Shown here in pieces: positions 20,814-30,796 of a stretch of 64,000 nt of DNA (its first letter is position 1; every line of letters begins with the position of its first letter). This stretch comes from an uncultured Acidobacteriota bacterium. Lineage in GTDB: Bacteria > Acidobacteriota > Thermoanaerobaculia > Gp7-AA8. The DNA lies in contig CAVUKB010000005.1 in assembly GCA_963741955.1 (NCBI GenBank), positions 224,001-288,000 of the forward strand. The letters run 5' to 3'. The notes under the pieces are model-generated. The model saw nothing but the letters and a program-made list of their open reading frames with translations. It did no database searches and was not told the origin of the DNA. A program made the translations under genes and the position numbers.

Positions 20814-21179
20814 TCATCCGCGCAGCGGAATCTTCCGAAGCTCCTGCAGCGTGATCCGCAGGACGCTCTCGAGAGTGAATCCCTTCGGAAATGCGTGGGG
20901 AACCCGGATTCCCGCTCCCATCATCTCCAGAAAATCGACCGGAGGTCTGCGTCGCGCCAGGGCGAGCAGAAGTTTGCGGGGGAGCTCTTCGCGATCGTGG
21001 ATCGACAGATGCAGCGGCTGAATATAGTAGCCGAAGTGCATGCTCTCGAGGGCCGGCCTTCCTGCAGCGTATTCCGGAAGTGTCACGTCCATCGAGAGCG
21101 AGCCCAGAATCCAGTTCTCGCGGCCGAATTCGCCTCGCCAGAACTCCTCCTCCTCGGACGTCAGTCTTTCGATGCGCAT
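20814..21179 (-). CDS. Hypothetical protein (121 aa)
   Basis: ATG-started ORF with protein-like composition that fills a gap in a minus-strand run. Confidence 0.55.
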   Translation of the reverse strand: MRIERLTSEEEEFWRGEFGRENWILGSLSMDVTLPEYAAGRPALESMHFGYYIQPLHLSIHDREELPRKLLLALARRRPPVDFLEMMGAGIRVPHAFPKGFTLESVLRITLQELRKIPLRG

Positions 21180-21216
21180 GATGGATCTGTGGTTGCCGGC
21201 GCGCGTCGCCCGCGCG

Positions 21217-21486
21217 TCAGCGTTTGAGATTGCGGAGGCCGTCGACGATCTCGCGGAGCTTCGTCTCGTGAAACGCCATCAGCGCGTGTTGAAGCTCGGC
21301 CTCGTCGACACCGGAGAGATCTCCCTGATAGACCTTCTTCAGCGCGCCGCCGAGATAGACCTTCGTCTCCGCGCGCCAGGCCGGCCGATGGAAGAACTCC
21401 GTCTGGACGGTCAGCTTCTTGTCCGAGACGTCGATCGTATCGACGCGACCGGTCGGTGAGGATCCGGGAGGTTTCGGCTCATCCAC
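21217..21486 (-). CDS. Hypothetical protein (89 aa)
   Basis: High-GC codon pattern. LTVQTE...VYLGG beta region followed by a helix. Starts 18 bp after the sigma factor stop. Confidence 0.7.
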   Translation of the reverse strand: MDEPKPPGSSPTGRVDTIDVSDKKLTVQTEFFHRPAWRAETKVYLGGALKKVYQGDLSGVDEAELQHALMAFHETKLREIVDGLRNLKR

Positions 21487-21504
21487 TCGGCTATGGTAGC
21501 CGAA

Positions 21505-22695
21505 TCAACCTCGTCCGACCAGATCGCGGTGAACGCTCCGCCTGCATTTGGCCTCCGCGCGCGCCTCGATCTGCCGGACGCGCTCGCGGGAGAGGTTGAG
21601 AATCTCGCCGATGTCGCGCAGGGTGAGCTCCTCGTCCTGGAGGATGCCGTAGCGGAGCTGCAGGACGGTGCGTTCTTCGAGATCGAGCGCCGCCACCGCG
21701 GTCTGGACCGCGCCGTGCTGTTTCAGCTCCTCGAGCGTGTCGGCCCGTTCGGGATCGATCGCCTGAACCCAGTCGGGAGGGAGGTCGCCGAGCGCGACCC
21801 AGAAGGTCCAGGAAGCCTTCGAATTCGGGTTGGTGAAGAGGAGGAGGTGCGAGAGCTCCGTCTCACTGATTCGCAGCGTCTCGCACATCTGCCTGATCGC
21901 GGAGTCGAGGAGCTGCGCGACCTCTTCCACCGGACGGTTGAGGAACTCGCCGATCCGTCGGATCTTCATCGGGACGTTGTCACTCACTCCATGCCGCAAG
22001 GTCAGAACCAGCCGCTCCTTCGGCGAGAGCTTGGCGATCCGGTCGAGGAGGTCTTCCCGCGCCGATTGCTCTTCCAGCTCGTCTTCGGCCGACGGTACGG
22101 TGGTCTGCTCGATGAGGTCCGAAAGTTCGGTGTGGCTCTCGTTGTCGAGCTCGGAACTGAGAGAGAAATTCTCCGCGTTCACGTGGAGAAGGGTCTGCAC
22201 GTCGCGGAGCGGGACGCCGAGCTCCGCCGCCAGCTCGTCGGGCGTGGGGATGCGATTCTGCTCGGTCATGGCCGTCGCCATCGCCTTCGAGAGGCGATAC
22301 ATCAGGTTCGCCCGTTTCGGGGGGAGCCGGAACGCGCCGCCCTGCTCGGAAAGGGCGTGAAGAATCGCCTGACGGATCCACCAGACCGCGTAGGTGATGA
22401 ACTTGACGTTCTTGTCGGGATCGAATTTCTTCGCCGCGTGGATCAGCCCGATGTTTCCCTCGTTGATGAGATCGAGAAAGAGAACGTGGGCGTTGCGGAA
22501 GCGTTTGGCGTACGAGACGACGAAGCGAAGGTTCGCCTTGACCAGCTGTTCGAGCGCCTTGCTGTCGTTCTCCTGAACCCGTCGCCCGAGCTCTTTCTCT
22601 TCGTCGGGGTTCAGCCGCGGAATCCGTGCGATCTCCTGCAGATACTGGTTGAGGAGATCGTACGAATCGTCATAGCGATCGTCTTTTCGAGACAT
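21505..22695 (-). CDS. RpoD/RpoS-family sigma-70 factor lacking region 1.1, with a duplicated region 4
   Basis: Region 1.2 YLQEI, region 2 ANLRFVV/DLINEGNIGL/YAVWWIRQ, region 3 PTPDELA, and region 4 LSRERVRQIE. Confidence 0.92.
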   Translation of the reverse strand: MSRKDDRYDDSYDLLNQYLQEIARIPRLNPDEEKELGRRVQENDSKALEQLVKANLRFVVSYAKRFRNAHVLFLDLINEGNIGLIHAAKKFDPDKNVKFITYAVWWIRQAILHALSEQGGAFRLPPKRANLMYRLSKAMATAMTEQNRIPTPDELAAELGVPLRDVQTLLHVNAENFSLSSELDNESHTELSDLIEQTTVPSAEDELEEQSAREDLLDRIAKLSPKERLVLTLRHGVSDNVPMKIRRIGEFLNRPVEEVAQLLDSAIRQMCETLRISETELSHLLLFTNPNSKASWTFWVALGDLPPDWVQAIDPERADTLEELKQHGAVQTAVAALDLEERTVLQLRYGILQDEELTLRDIGEILNLSRERVRQIEARAEAKCRRSVHRDLVGRG

Positions 22696-22777
22696 GGGCC
22701 CTCATTTAACGGGAGTGTCCAGATTGTATAACGAGGAACCAAGTCGGCGAGTCGCAATTTGAAATCCAGACTGCAAG

Positions 22778-22792
22778 GTTGAGAATCTCAAC
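22778..22792. promoter_or_regulatory. Perfect inverted repeat upstream of the sigma gene (candidate operator)
   Basis: GTTGAGA-A-TCTCAAC. A TACAAT -10-like hexamer lies on the minus strand at 22723-22728. Confidence 0.4.
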
Positions 22793-22848
22793 GGCGGACG
22801 GCGGACGGCGGAGCAGGCGGCGGATCGCCGTCCGCCCCGCCGCTGAAA

Positions 22849-23607
22849 CTAACGTGGGTTATCGGGACGAACCATCGTAACATGCTGCGTGACGTCGTTC
22901 GTTACGCTGACGAACGCCCAAAAACGCAGGCCGGGAGTCACTGGCTCAACCGAGATCCTCACGGTCTCTGCGCTTCGAAGGTGCGGATAGATCGCCGCAA
23001 CGTCGATCATCCGAGCCTGCGGAGGTCGGTACGCCGAATTCGTGCTCAACGTGACCGGCACCTCCGCGAGCAGCTCGTCCGTAATCATGTCATAGAAACG
23101 GACCCGCACATCGCTGCGGAGACGGATGTCGTAGTCGTAGATCCGGAGAGTGGAACGAAAGGCCGGACTGGTGGGAACGTTGAGGAGTCCCAGCGTGCGC
23201 GTAAACGTATCGCCCTGTCGCACGATGGGTAGCTCGGTTCCCCAAGTTTCCGCCGGCCTTGAAACGTCCTGGATCCGCGCGTCGAGAGACACCTCATCGC
23301 TACCCGGATTTTCGATGTAGACAAATGCGCCCAACCCGGCCGCGTCGGAAAGATTGAGTTCAAACGTCGAATGGGGCTGAGCCGGTGGCGTCGGACACTC
23401 GATGTTGCAATCGAAAGGCTCTGATACCTTCACGTAGGCGTCGCCGTCGTTCCGTCCGACGATGACGAGTTTCCATTCCGATCCATAGCCTCCCGGCAGC
23501 AGCCCCGAAAAGACGGTTGGAATAATGACCCGCTCCGGTGCAGCTGGTTGCGACCATGCCGAGACTGCAGTGGCGCAAAGGACCAGACCGATGGCAATGC
23601 GTCTCAC
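22849..23607 (-). CDS. Secreted hypothetical protein (beta-rich)
   Basis: GAGGAG RBS and GTG start, signal peptide, PGGYGSEW, and C-terminal WAFVSVTNDVTQHVT. Confidence 0.8.
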   Translation of the reverse strand: MRRIAIGLVLCATAVSAWSQPAAPERVIIPTVFSGLLPGGYGSEWKLVIVGRNDGDAYVKVSEPFDCNIECPTPPAQPHSTFELNLSDAAGLGAFVYIENPGSDEVSLDARIQDVSRPAETWGTELPIVRQGDTFTRTLGLLNVPTSPAFRSTLRIYDYDIRLRSDVRVRFYDMITDELLAEVPVTLSTNSAYRPPQARMIDVAAIYPHLRSAETVRISVEPVTPGLRFWAFVSVTNDVTQHVTMVRPDNPR

Positions 23608-24669
23608 GGTTTGACTCCTCCAGACCTACGGGCAGTCGTAGCTATTCGCAATCGGCGCTTGTCAGCTCCCTGCTGCAACCCACCCACGGTGATCGCCTGC
23701 GTCGAGGCCGCTGGCGAATACCAGGTCGCATCGTCGTTGTAATTCCCAGCAGCCACGACAACCGTCATTCCATAGTTCGTCACCAGCGAATCGACCGCTG
23801 CGGTGACTGAAGGCACATATAGGTAGGTCCAGCTGCAGTTCACCACGCGGGCTGAGATTCCCCTGTTCGGATCCATCGGAATCCAATTCAGCGCGGTAAT
23901 GATCACCGATACAGACTGCTGATTCCCCGAACAACCGAATGCCCGGGCATCCACCACTGTCGCGCTCTTCGCCACTCCAAATGTCGATCCGGCGACAACA
24001 CCCGCGACGGCAGTTCCGTGGCTCGCTCCGGGAGTCGTGACGGTGCCTGCAGTTCGCTCCCAGCATTGACCGTAATTCAGGAAGTTGACCTCCGGAATAT
24101 TCATCGCGAGCAGAGTGGACTTCAGGCTCGGAGCCGGGTCGACGCGGCCATCCAGGTCGGGATGGTTTGACAGCACGCCGGTGTCTACAACGTAGATTCG
24201 AACCCCGCTCCGGTCGAGCAATACGAGTAAGCCCCATTTGTCCTCGGTGCGCCGATACTCGCCTGGTCGATCCTGTCCAGGCCCCACATCGTGGCCGGCG
24301 TACCCGGCGCGATAGGTCCGGATGGAAGAGTCTGGGTGGTAGCGAGGCTCACGAGCCCATCCTCCTCGACAGACTTGACCCATGTGTGTTTCGAGATCGC
24401 CACTGCCTGCGCTTCTGACATTCGAATCACGAAACCATCGAACAGGTTGGGCCACTCGGTGATCACTGACCCGCCGAAGGTCTTCGCCAGCTTGTCAGCA
24501 GCAGAATGGAGCGATAGTCCTTTCGGAAGAGGAGAATTCAACGTGACGATATACCGTCCAGGGATCGGGGCGGATACATGATAGAGCGATCCGGAAGCGA
24601 AGATGTGGAGAGAGAAGAGAGAGAGAGAGAGACTACAGAGACCATAATGAACCTGCTGCGATGAAACAT
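23604..24669 (-). pseudogene. S8 subtilisin-like protease pseudogene (I9 prodomain, Asp and His present, Ser motif missing)
   Basis: AGGAGG RBS and ATG at 24669. Frameshifts in a (TC)8T tract (24616-24632) and a G4 run (~24203-24206). Motifs IPGRYIV, WGLDRIDQ, YVVDTG, HGTAVAG and AAGN are present. No GTSMA. Confidence 0.85.
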
Positions 24670-24879
24670 CTGCGACCTCCTGTGTCGGGATGCCGCCTCC
24701 TCCGCTTGCCGAGAATATACTCGGACTTGACCGGAAACACAAGGAGTAACTAAACGTCTGTTCACTGTCGGCTTCAGCGTGCGCAATTGGGTCATGAAGG
24801 TCACCGAAGCGAGGAGGCGATTTTCGCCGTCCACCATTCTCGGCGAGTTCACCTCGTATAACTCGAAGCGGCGTTCAAG

Positions 24880-25260
24880 CTACTTTCCCGCCTTCTGCAC
24901 GCCGCGCGGGCCGACCCTCACCAGAGCCTGCCGGCGATCGAGGCCGCAGCGCCGGTCGAGCATCTCCTGGCGGATGAAGGTCATGATCTCGTCGATCTCC
25001 ATCTCGAACGCGCGCATCTGGCGGAGGAGGTTGAGGATCACTTCCACTCCGGCGAGGTTCACGCCGAGATCGCGGGTCAGTCGGAGGATGAGCTCGAGCT
25101 GCTTGATCTCATCGGGGCCGTAGAGTCGGGTGTTCCCCTGAGTACGATGGGGGTTGATCAGACCCTCCCTCTCGTACAGACGGAGAGTCTGGGGGTGAAT
25201 GTTGTAGCGCTCCGCGATGATGGAGATCATCACGAAGCCTTCGCGTTTTCTTCGAACCAT
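24880..25260 (-). CDS. hspR: HspR heat-shock repressor (MerR family)
   Basis: ISIIAE...IHPQTLRLYEREGL, GNTRLY and LGVNLAGV. Directly downstream of dnaK. Confidence 0.88.
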   Translation of the reverse strand: MVRRKREGFVMISIIAERYNIHPQTLRLYEREGLINPHRTQGNTRLYGPDEIKQLELILRLTRDLGVNLAGVEVILNLLRQMRAFEMEIDEIMTFIRQEMLDRRCGLDRRQALVRVGPRGVQKAGK

Positions 25261-25304
25261 ACGATGCAGCGCGGGCGGGAATCACTCCCCGCCCGCGGGT
25301 CTCA

Positions 25305-27206
25305 TTACTTTTCTTCGTCGACGACTTCGGCTTCGATCACGTCGTCTTCCGGTTTCTTCCCGCCGCTCTCCGCTCCGCCGGCTTCCGGGCCTCCGCCCTG
25401 CTGCTGTCCGGTCTGCGAGTACATCGTTTCGGCGAGCTTGTGCGACGCCTTCTGCAGCGCGTCGGTCGCCCGGCGGATCTCGTCGACACCGCCCTGCTCC
25501 ATCGCTTTCCGCGCGTCGCTGATCGCCGCTTCGAGAGTGCTGACATCCGAGCCGGAGAGCTTCTCCCGGTTCTCGCTCAGCATCTTGTCGATGTTGTAGA
25601 TCAGCGAGTCGAGATTGTTCTTCGCCTCGACTTCCTCGCGCCGGCGTTTGTCTTCGTCGGCGTGCGCCTCGGCGTCGTGGATGAGATTGTCGACTTCGCC
25701 CTTCGACAGACCGGAGGAGCTGGTGATGGTGATCTTCTGCTCCTTCCCGGTGCCGAGGTCCTTCGCCGAGACGTTCATGATGCCGTTGGCGTCGATGTCG
25801 AACGTCACCTCGATCTGCGGCACCCCGCGAGGAGCGGGCATGATTCCGCTGAGCTGGAAGTTGCCGAGCAGCTTGTTGTGCGCGGCGATGTCGCGCTCAC
25901 CCTGGTAGACCTTGATGTCGACCGTCGACTGGTTGTCGGCCGCAGTGGAGAAGGTCTCCGACTTGCGGGTCGGGATGGTGGTGTTCCGTTCGATCAGCTT
26001 CGTCATCACGCCGCCGAGGGTCTCGATGCCGAGCGAGAGCGGAGTGACGTCGAGGAGAAGAACATCCTTGACCTCACCTCCGAGAACGCCGCCCTGGATC
26101 GCGGCGCCGACGGCCACGACTTCGTCCGGGTTGACGCCCTTGTGGGGCTCCTTCCCGAAGTACTCGGTGACCACGCGCTGGACCATCGGGATGCGGGTCG
26201 AGCCGCCGACGAGAACGACCTCGTCGATGTCCTTCTGCTGCAGCCCGGCGTCGGAGAGTGCCTGCTTCACCGGGCCCATGGTGCGCTGAATGATGTCGCC
26301 GACCAACTGCTCGAACTTCGCCCGGGTGAGGGTCATGTTCAGGTGCTTCGGTCCCGACTGATCCGCGGTGATGAACGGAAGGTTGATGTCGGTCGACATG
26401 GTCGAGGAGAGCTCGATCTTCGCCTTCTCGGCCGCTTCCTTGAGGCGCTGGAGCGCCATCTTGTCGCTGGAGAGATCGATACCCTGGTCTTTCTTGTACT
26501 CGTCGATGATCCAGTCGATCAGGCGCTGGTCGACGTTGTCGCCGCCGAGGTGCGTGTCGCCGTTGGTCGACTTGACCTCGACCACGCCCTCGCCGACTTC
26601 GAGGATGGAGATGTCGAACGTCCCGCCGCCGAAATCGTACACGGCGATGGTCTCGTCCTTCTTGCGATCGAGACCGTACGCGAGTGCTGCGGCAGTCGGT
26701 TCGTTGACCAGTCGCTCGACCTTCAGCCCGGCGATCTCACCGGCGTCCTTCGTGGCCTGGCGCTGTGAGTCGTTGAAGTAGGCCGGAACGGTGATGACTG
26801 CCCGCTCGACCTTCTCGCCGAGATAATCTTCGGCGGCCTGCCGGAGCTTCTGAAGGATCATGGCGGAGATCTCGGGCGGCGAGAACATCTTGTCGTCGAT
26901 CTCCACGCGTGCGTCCCCGTTCGGTGCCTTCGACACCTTGTAGGGGACCATCTTCATCTCTTCGTTGACCTCTTCGTAGCGGCGACCCATGAAGCGCTTG
27001 ATGGAAAAGATGGTGCGCTCGGGGTTGGTGATGGCCTGACGCTTGGCGACCTGACCGACCAGCCGCTCGCCATTCTTGGCAAATGCGACCACGGACGGGG
27101 TGATGCGGCTCCCCTCCGCGTTCAGAATGACCGTCGGCTGATTCCCCTCCATGACCGCGACGACGGAGTTCGTCGTCCCGAGGTCGATTCCGATGATCTT
27201 GCTCAT
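25305..27206 (-). CDS. dnaK: Chaperone DnaK
   Basis: [39 protein letters not shown] and NPDEVVA. Confidence 0.98.
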   Translation of the reverse strand: MSKIIGIDLGTTNSVVAVMEGNQPTVILNAEGSRITPSVVAFAKNGERLVGQVAKRQAITNPERTIFSIKRFMGRRYEEVNEEMKMVPYKVSKAPNGDARVEIDDKMFSPPEISAMILQKLRQAAEDYLGEKVERAVITVPAYFNDSQRQATKDAGEIAGLKVERLVNEPTAAALAYGLDRKKDETIAVYDFGGGTFDISILEVGEGVVEVKSTNGDTHLGGDNVDQRLIDWIIDEYKKDQGIDLSSDKMALQRLKEAAEKAKIELSSTMSTDINLPFITADQSGPKHLNMTLTRAKFEQLVGDIIQRTMGPVKQALSDAGLQQKDIDEVVLVGGSTRIPMVQRVVTEYFGKEPHKGVNPDEVVAVGAAIQGGVLGGEVKDVLLLDVTPLSLGIETLGGVMTKLIERNTTIPTRKSETFSTAADNQSTVDIKVYQGERDIAAHNKLLGNFQLSGIMPAPRGVPQIEVTFDIDANGIMNVSAKDLGTGKEQKITITSSSGLSKGEVDNLIHDAEAHADEDKRRREEVEAKNNLDSLIYNIDKMLSENREKLSGSDVSTLEAAISDARKAMEQGGVDEIRRATDALQKASHKLAETMYSQTGQQQGGGPEAGGAESGGKKPEDDVIEAEVVDEEK

Positions 27207-27244
27207 TCTGTCGTCTCCTTGATTGTTCTCAACTCCGGACCGCT

Positions 27245-27276
27245 ATTGAGTCTACACGAATCAACCTTACGGTCAA
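27245..27276 (-). promoter_or_regulatory. HAIR-like HspR operator overlapping a putative dnaK promoter
   Basis: aTTGAGT-CTACACG-AaTCAAc (27245-27265) versus the HAIR consensus CTTGAGT-N7-ACTCAAG. Minus-strand TTGACC-N16-TAGACT overlaps it. Confidence 0.75.
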
Positions 27277-27401
27277 CTGTCAAAACCTGAGTCCCCAACC
27301 ATAAATTTCAAGAATGTCGCGTCCAGGATGGTTCGCTTGGCCTGCGAATAATCTGCTCGAAATGCTGTTATCCAACTGCAGAAAACTGCAGGAGTTATTC
27401 C

Positions 27402-28109
27402 ATGAATCGATTCTCGACGGACCCCATGAACCAGTGGACAGATGCAGGGGCGATCGCCTCGAAAGAACGCGAGAGGAGCTTCCTCCGGTCGGTTTACGGC
27501 TGGATGTTCGGAGGGCTCCTCCTGAGCGCCGTGTCGGCGTTCTGGGTCGTCTCCTCCCCCATCGCCCGTCAGCTCATTTTCGGAAATCGGGTCGTCCCGA
27601 TCCTCCTGATGGTCGCGACTCTCGGCCTGGTCTTTTTCCTCTCCATGAGAATCCAGAAGATGTCTCCCGGGGTCGCCGCGGGCAGCTTCTTCCTCTTCGC
27701 GGTCCTCAACGGACTCGCTCTCAGCTCGATTCTTCTCATGTACACCGCATCCTCGGTCGCTCAGACGTTCGTGATCGCCGGCGGGATGTTCGGGGCGATG
27801 AGCGTCTACGGATTCGTCACCCGGAGGGACCTGACCTCCTGGGGCTCCTTTTTCTTCATGGGGCTGATCGGAATCCTGATCGCGATGGTGGTGAATTTCT
27901 TCTTCCACTCCAGCGCCCTCTCCGGAGCGATCAGCATTCTCGGCGTCTTCATCTTCCTCGGCCTTACCGCCTGGGACACCCAGCGGCTGAAGAAGATGGC
28001 ACACGCGGGGGGTGGGACGAACCTCGCGGTGATCGGAGCCCTGTCACTCTATCTCGACTTCATCAACCTCTTCCTCTTCCTCCTTCGCCTTCTCGGCGAC
28101 CGGAGATGA
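27402..28109 (+). CDS. Bax inhibitor-1/YccA family membrane protein
   Basis: Seven transmembrane helices, TAWDTQRLK and GALSLYLDFINLF. AGGAG RBS. Confidence 0.92.
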   Translation: MNRFSTDPMNQWTDAGAIASKERERSFLRSVYGWMFGGLLLSAVSAFWVVSSPIARQLIFGNRVVPILLMVATLGLVFFLSMRIQKMSPGVAAGSFFLFAVLNGLALSSILLMYTASSVAQTFVIAGGMFGAMSVYGFVTRRDLTSWGSFFFMGLIGILIAMVVNFFFHSSALSGAISILGVFIFLGLTAWDTQRLKKMAHAGGGTNLAVIGALSLYLDFINLFLFLLRLLGDRR

Positions 28110-28140
28110 TCACCCGCCTCTGACGCGAAGGTTGGTACGC

Positions 28141-28168
28141 GAAAAGCCGCCCCCGGGGGCGGCTTTTC
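28141..28168. terminator. Bidirectional intrinsic terminator
   Basis: GAAAAGCCGCCCC-CG-GGGGCGGCTTTTC between convergent genes. Confidence 0.85.
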
Positions 28169-28222
28169 TGCGTCTGGCCGGTGGCGACGCCGGCTCGAGT
28201 GGTGTGGAGATGTTCGCCGCTT

Positions 28223-28822
28223 CTATTTGAGGCGACCGTTGACCGTATCCCAGTCGATGTTCGAGAAGAAGGCCTCGATGTACTTGCCGCGCTCCGCAGG
28301 CTTGTAGTCGAGAAGGTACGCGTGCTCCCAGACGTCCATCACCAGGACCGGCTTGTAGCCGGCGACATTCCCCTGCTCGTGCTCCGCCACCCAGTGATTC
28401 GAGAGGCGGCCACTACGCGGGTCCTGCAGGCAGAGAGCCCAGCCGATACCGCGAAGCTTTCCGGTGCTGGCGAAGTCGTTCTTCCAGTTCGCGTAGCTGT
28501 CGAACGACTGTTCCGCGAGCTTCTGGAAAGCTGACCCCTTCTCCGGATCTCCCCCACCCTGCTTCTTCATGTTCTCGAAATAGTACTCGTGCAGAACCAT
28601 GCCGTTGTACTCGAATCCGAAGCGCCGCTTGAGCTCCGAGTACACCACCATGTTCTGATCGATCGAGCCCTTCGAGACCATCTCCCAGGTCTTCTCGTTC
28701 AGGGTGTTCGTGTTGTTGACATAGCCCTGGTAGAGCTTGAAATGCATCTCCAGCGTCTGATCGGAAATGCCATTGAGCCCGCTCAGATTGAAATCCTTCG
28801 CCTTGTATGCTTCGTACGCCAT
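28223..28822 (-). CDS. Fe/Mn superoxide dismutase family protein
   Basis: Ligand motifs MHFKLY, LHEYYF and DVWEHAY, plus GIGWA. Confidence 0.9.
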   Translation of the reverse strand: MAYEAYKAKDFNLSGLNGISDQTLEMHFKLYQGYVNNTNTLNEKTWEMVSKGSIDQNMVVYSELKRRFGFEYNGMVLHEYYFENMKKQGGGDPEKGSAFQKLAEQSFDSYANWKNDFASTGKLRGIGWALCLQDPRSGRLSNHWVAEHEQGNVAGYKPVLVMDVWEHAYLLDYKPAERGKYIEAFFSNIDWDTVNGRLK

Positions 28823-29111
28823 GTCGAGACTCCTCCTCCTTGAATTCCGCTGCTTCGAAGCCGTGCTTCGTCGGTGATCTCTGCGTGATTGGGCCGCGGA
28901 CCGGCTCGTGCTGCCGTTCCGGGCTCTGCAAAACCCGATCCCGCGTCCCCTTCCTCATACCGCATCCGTGACGGCGGCGCAACCGCGACAGGGGAAGAAA
29001 AGGAAAGACTTGACCCGATTCGGCACCTCCTCGTTTCGAACCTCGGCCCCGCCGCGATATGCCGTCTCCCTCCGGGCAAAGCCGCCGGGTCGCACGTCGC
29101 GCCGTCAGGAG

Positions 29112-29957
29112 TCAGGAGGTGCGGCGCTCGTCCCGCGCTTCGCGCTCGTTCTTCCGGTCGCCCCGGGAGGGGCTGCCGATCCCGACCAGCTCCCTCAACC
29201 GGAGCGCATCTCGTGCGGCGAATCCGGCTTCGTCGTTGTCGAAATAGAGGTACACCCCATCGAGCGACTTCGACCATTCGCGGATCTTCCTGCTCCACCA
29301 GCGGAGAGCGCTATGGTCATAGCTTCCCTGGTACTTTCCTCCCGGACCGTGGAGCCGGACGTACGTGAACGGAGCGGTCAGTTCGAAAGGCGACACGAAT
29401 CCGGCGAGCTCGTAGATGCAGTACGCCGCTCCATGTTTCCGGAGAACGTCGTAAATCTCCGGCACCAGCCAGCTCGGATCTCTCAGCTCGAAACTGTAGC
29501 GATGACCCCGCGGCAGCACCCGGAGAAATTCATCGAGCCGCTCCGGATTCGCTCTCCATCGGGGTGGCAGCTGGAAGAGGACCGGTCCGAGCTTCGGCCG
29601 GAGACGGTCGATTCGTTCGAAGAAGCGCGCGACTCCCGGCTCCGGATCCTTCAGCTTCTTCATGTGCGTGAGAAAGCGGCTCCCCTTCGCGGCGAAGAGA
29701 AAATCATCCGGAACCGTCTCCCGCCACTGGTCGAGCGCCCCCTCGCTCGGCAGATGATAGAAGCTGTTGTTCAGCTCCACCGTGTCGAACCGCTCTAGGT
29801 AATACCCGAGCATCCGGTTCGCCGGGAGATCGTCCGGGTAAAACGTCCCGAGCCAGTGTCTGTAGTGCCAGCCCGACGTGCCGATACGGATGTCGCAAGC
29901 CACGATCGACTGATCTGGAAGTCTCGTGCCGGAAGCGGCGTCGGATCGATCTGACAC
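29112..29957 (-). CDS. DUF72 family protein (start uncertain)
   Basis: IGTSGWHY, FDTVELNNSFY, LFQLPP, YVRLHG and YFDND. Confidence 0.9.
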   Translation of the reverse strand: MSDRSDAASGTRLPDQSIVACDIRIGTSGWHYRHWLGTFYPDDLPANRMLGYYLERFDTVELNNSFYHLPSEGALDQWRETVPDDFLFAAKGSRFLTHMKKLKDPEPGVARFFERIDRLRPKLGPVLFQLPPRWRANPERLDEFLRVLPRGHRYSFELRDPSWLVPEIYDVLRKHGAAYCIYELAGFVSPFELTAPFTYVRLHGPGGKYQGSYDHSALRWWSRKIREWSKSLDGVYLYFDNDEAGFAARDALRLRELVGIGSPSRGDRKNEREARDERRTS

Positions 29958-30002
29958 GGCCCGGACACGCCCGACTCATCCGTCCACCTGAAAGCAGATC
30001 GG

Positions 30003-30776
30003 TCAGATCGCTTCCGCGATCCTTCTCCCGATCGCCCGGTACGCCTCCGCGTTGGGATGAAACCGGTCGAAGCTGAGCCGGTCGCGGTAGGTGAACAAAT
30101 CCGAGGTCTGCACGACGGTGACGTTCTCATTCCCGGCAAACTGCCGGATCAGACGGCTGTTCCACTCCGCGACTGCGGTGGCGATCAGCTTGTCCGCAGG
30201 AGTCTTCCGGAAAGGGTTGTAGAGCCCGACGATGAAGATCCGCGCTTTCGGGTTCGCCGCTGCAATCTGGTGGACGATCCGTTCCACCCGCTCGGCGACG
30301 CCGCCGATCAGCGCGTCCGGATTCTGCGGAGCGACGCGCGCGCCCCGCTGTTCGACAAAGAAGTCGTTCCCGCCGATCGAGACAACCACCACCTGGCTCG
30401 ACGCGATCAACCGCTGCAGCCCGGGGTGCGAGAGCGACTGGAGGAGGTCCTTCGTCGTCGCTCCGTTCACTGCGACGTTCACCGGTTCCTGGTGTGGAAT
30501 GCCGCGCCTTTTCAACTCCGCGTCGATCGAGCCGCTCAGCCCTTCTCCAGACGTGTCCCCGGTACCGCGCGCGAGAGAGTCTCCCATGATCAGGAGGCGC
30601 AACGGTCTCGACGGGGTTGGCGCGTTCTCCGCAGCAGCGGGGGCAGGGCCCAGCGGGGTCTGGCCGACCGCCGTTCCGACGTCGCCGCGCAGAGCGAGGT
30701 AGAATCCCCAACCGAACAGGGCTGCCGCTGCGACCGAGATCACGGTCGGAAATGTCCAGAAGAAGAATCGTCGCAC
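30003..30776 (-). CDS. Membrane-anchored SGNH/GDSL hydrolase
   Basis: GTG start with a GGAGG RBS, N-terminal transmembrane helix, GDSL, SIGGND and DRFHP. Confidence 0.88.
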   Translation of the reverse strand: MRRFFFWTFPTVISVAAAALFGWGFYLALRGDVGTAVGQTPLGPAPAAAENAPTPSRPLRLLIMGDSLARGTGDTSGEGLSGSIDAELKRRGIPHQEPVNVAVNGATTKDLLQSLSHPGLQRLIASSQVVVVSIGGNDFFVEQRGARVAPQNPDALIGGVAERVERIVHQIAAANPKARIFIVGLYNPFRKTPADKLIATAVAEWNSRLIRQFAGNENVTVVQTSDLFTYRDRLSFDRFHPNAEAYRAIGRRIAEAI

Positions 30777-30796
30777 GCAAGCCTCCAGGAGAATCC

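Noticed and set aside
22791-22843. (ACGGCGG)3 heptamer run and GC hairpin
   Set aside because: Short and low-complexity. Probably a terminator-like hairpin after the 22849 gene, and no function can be supported.
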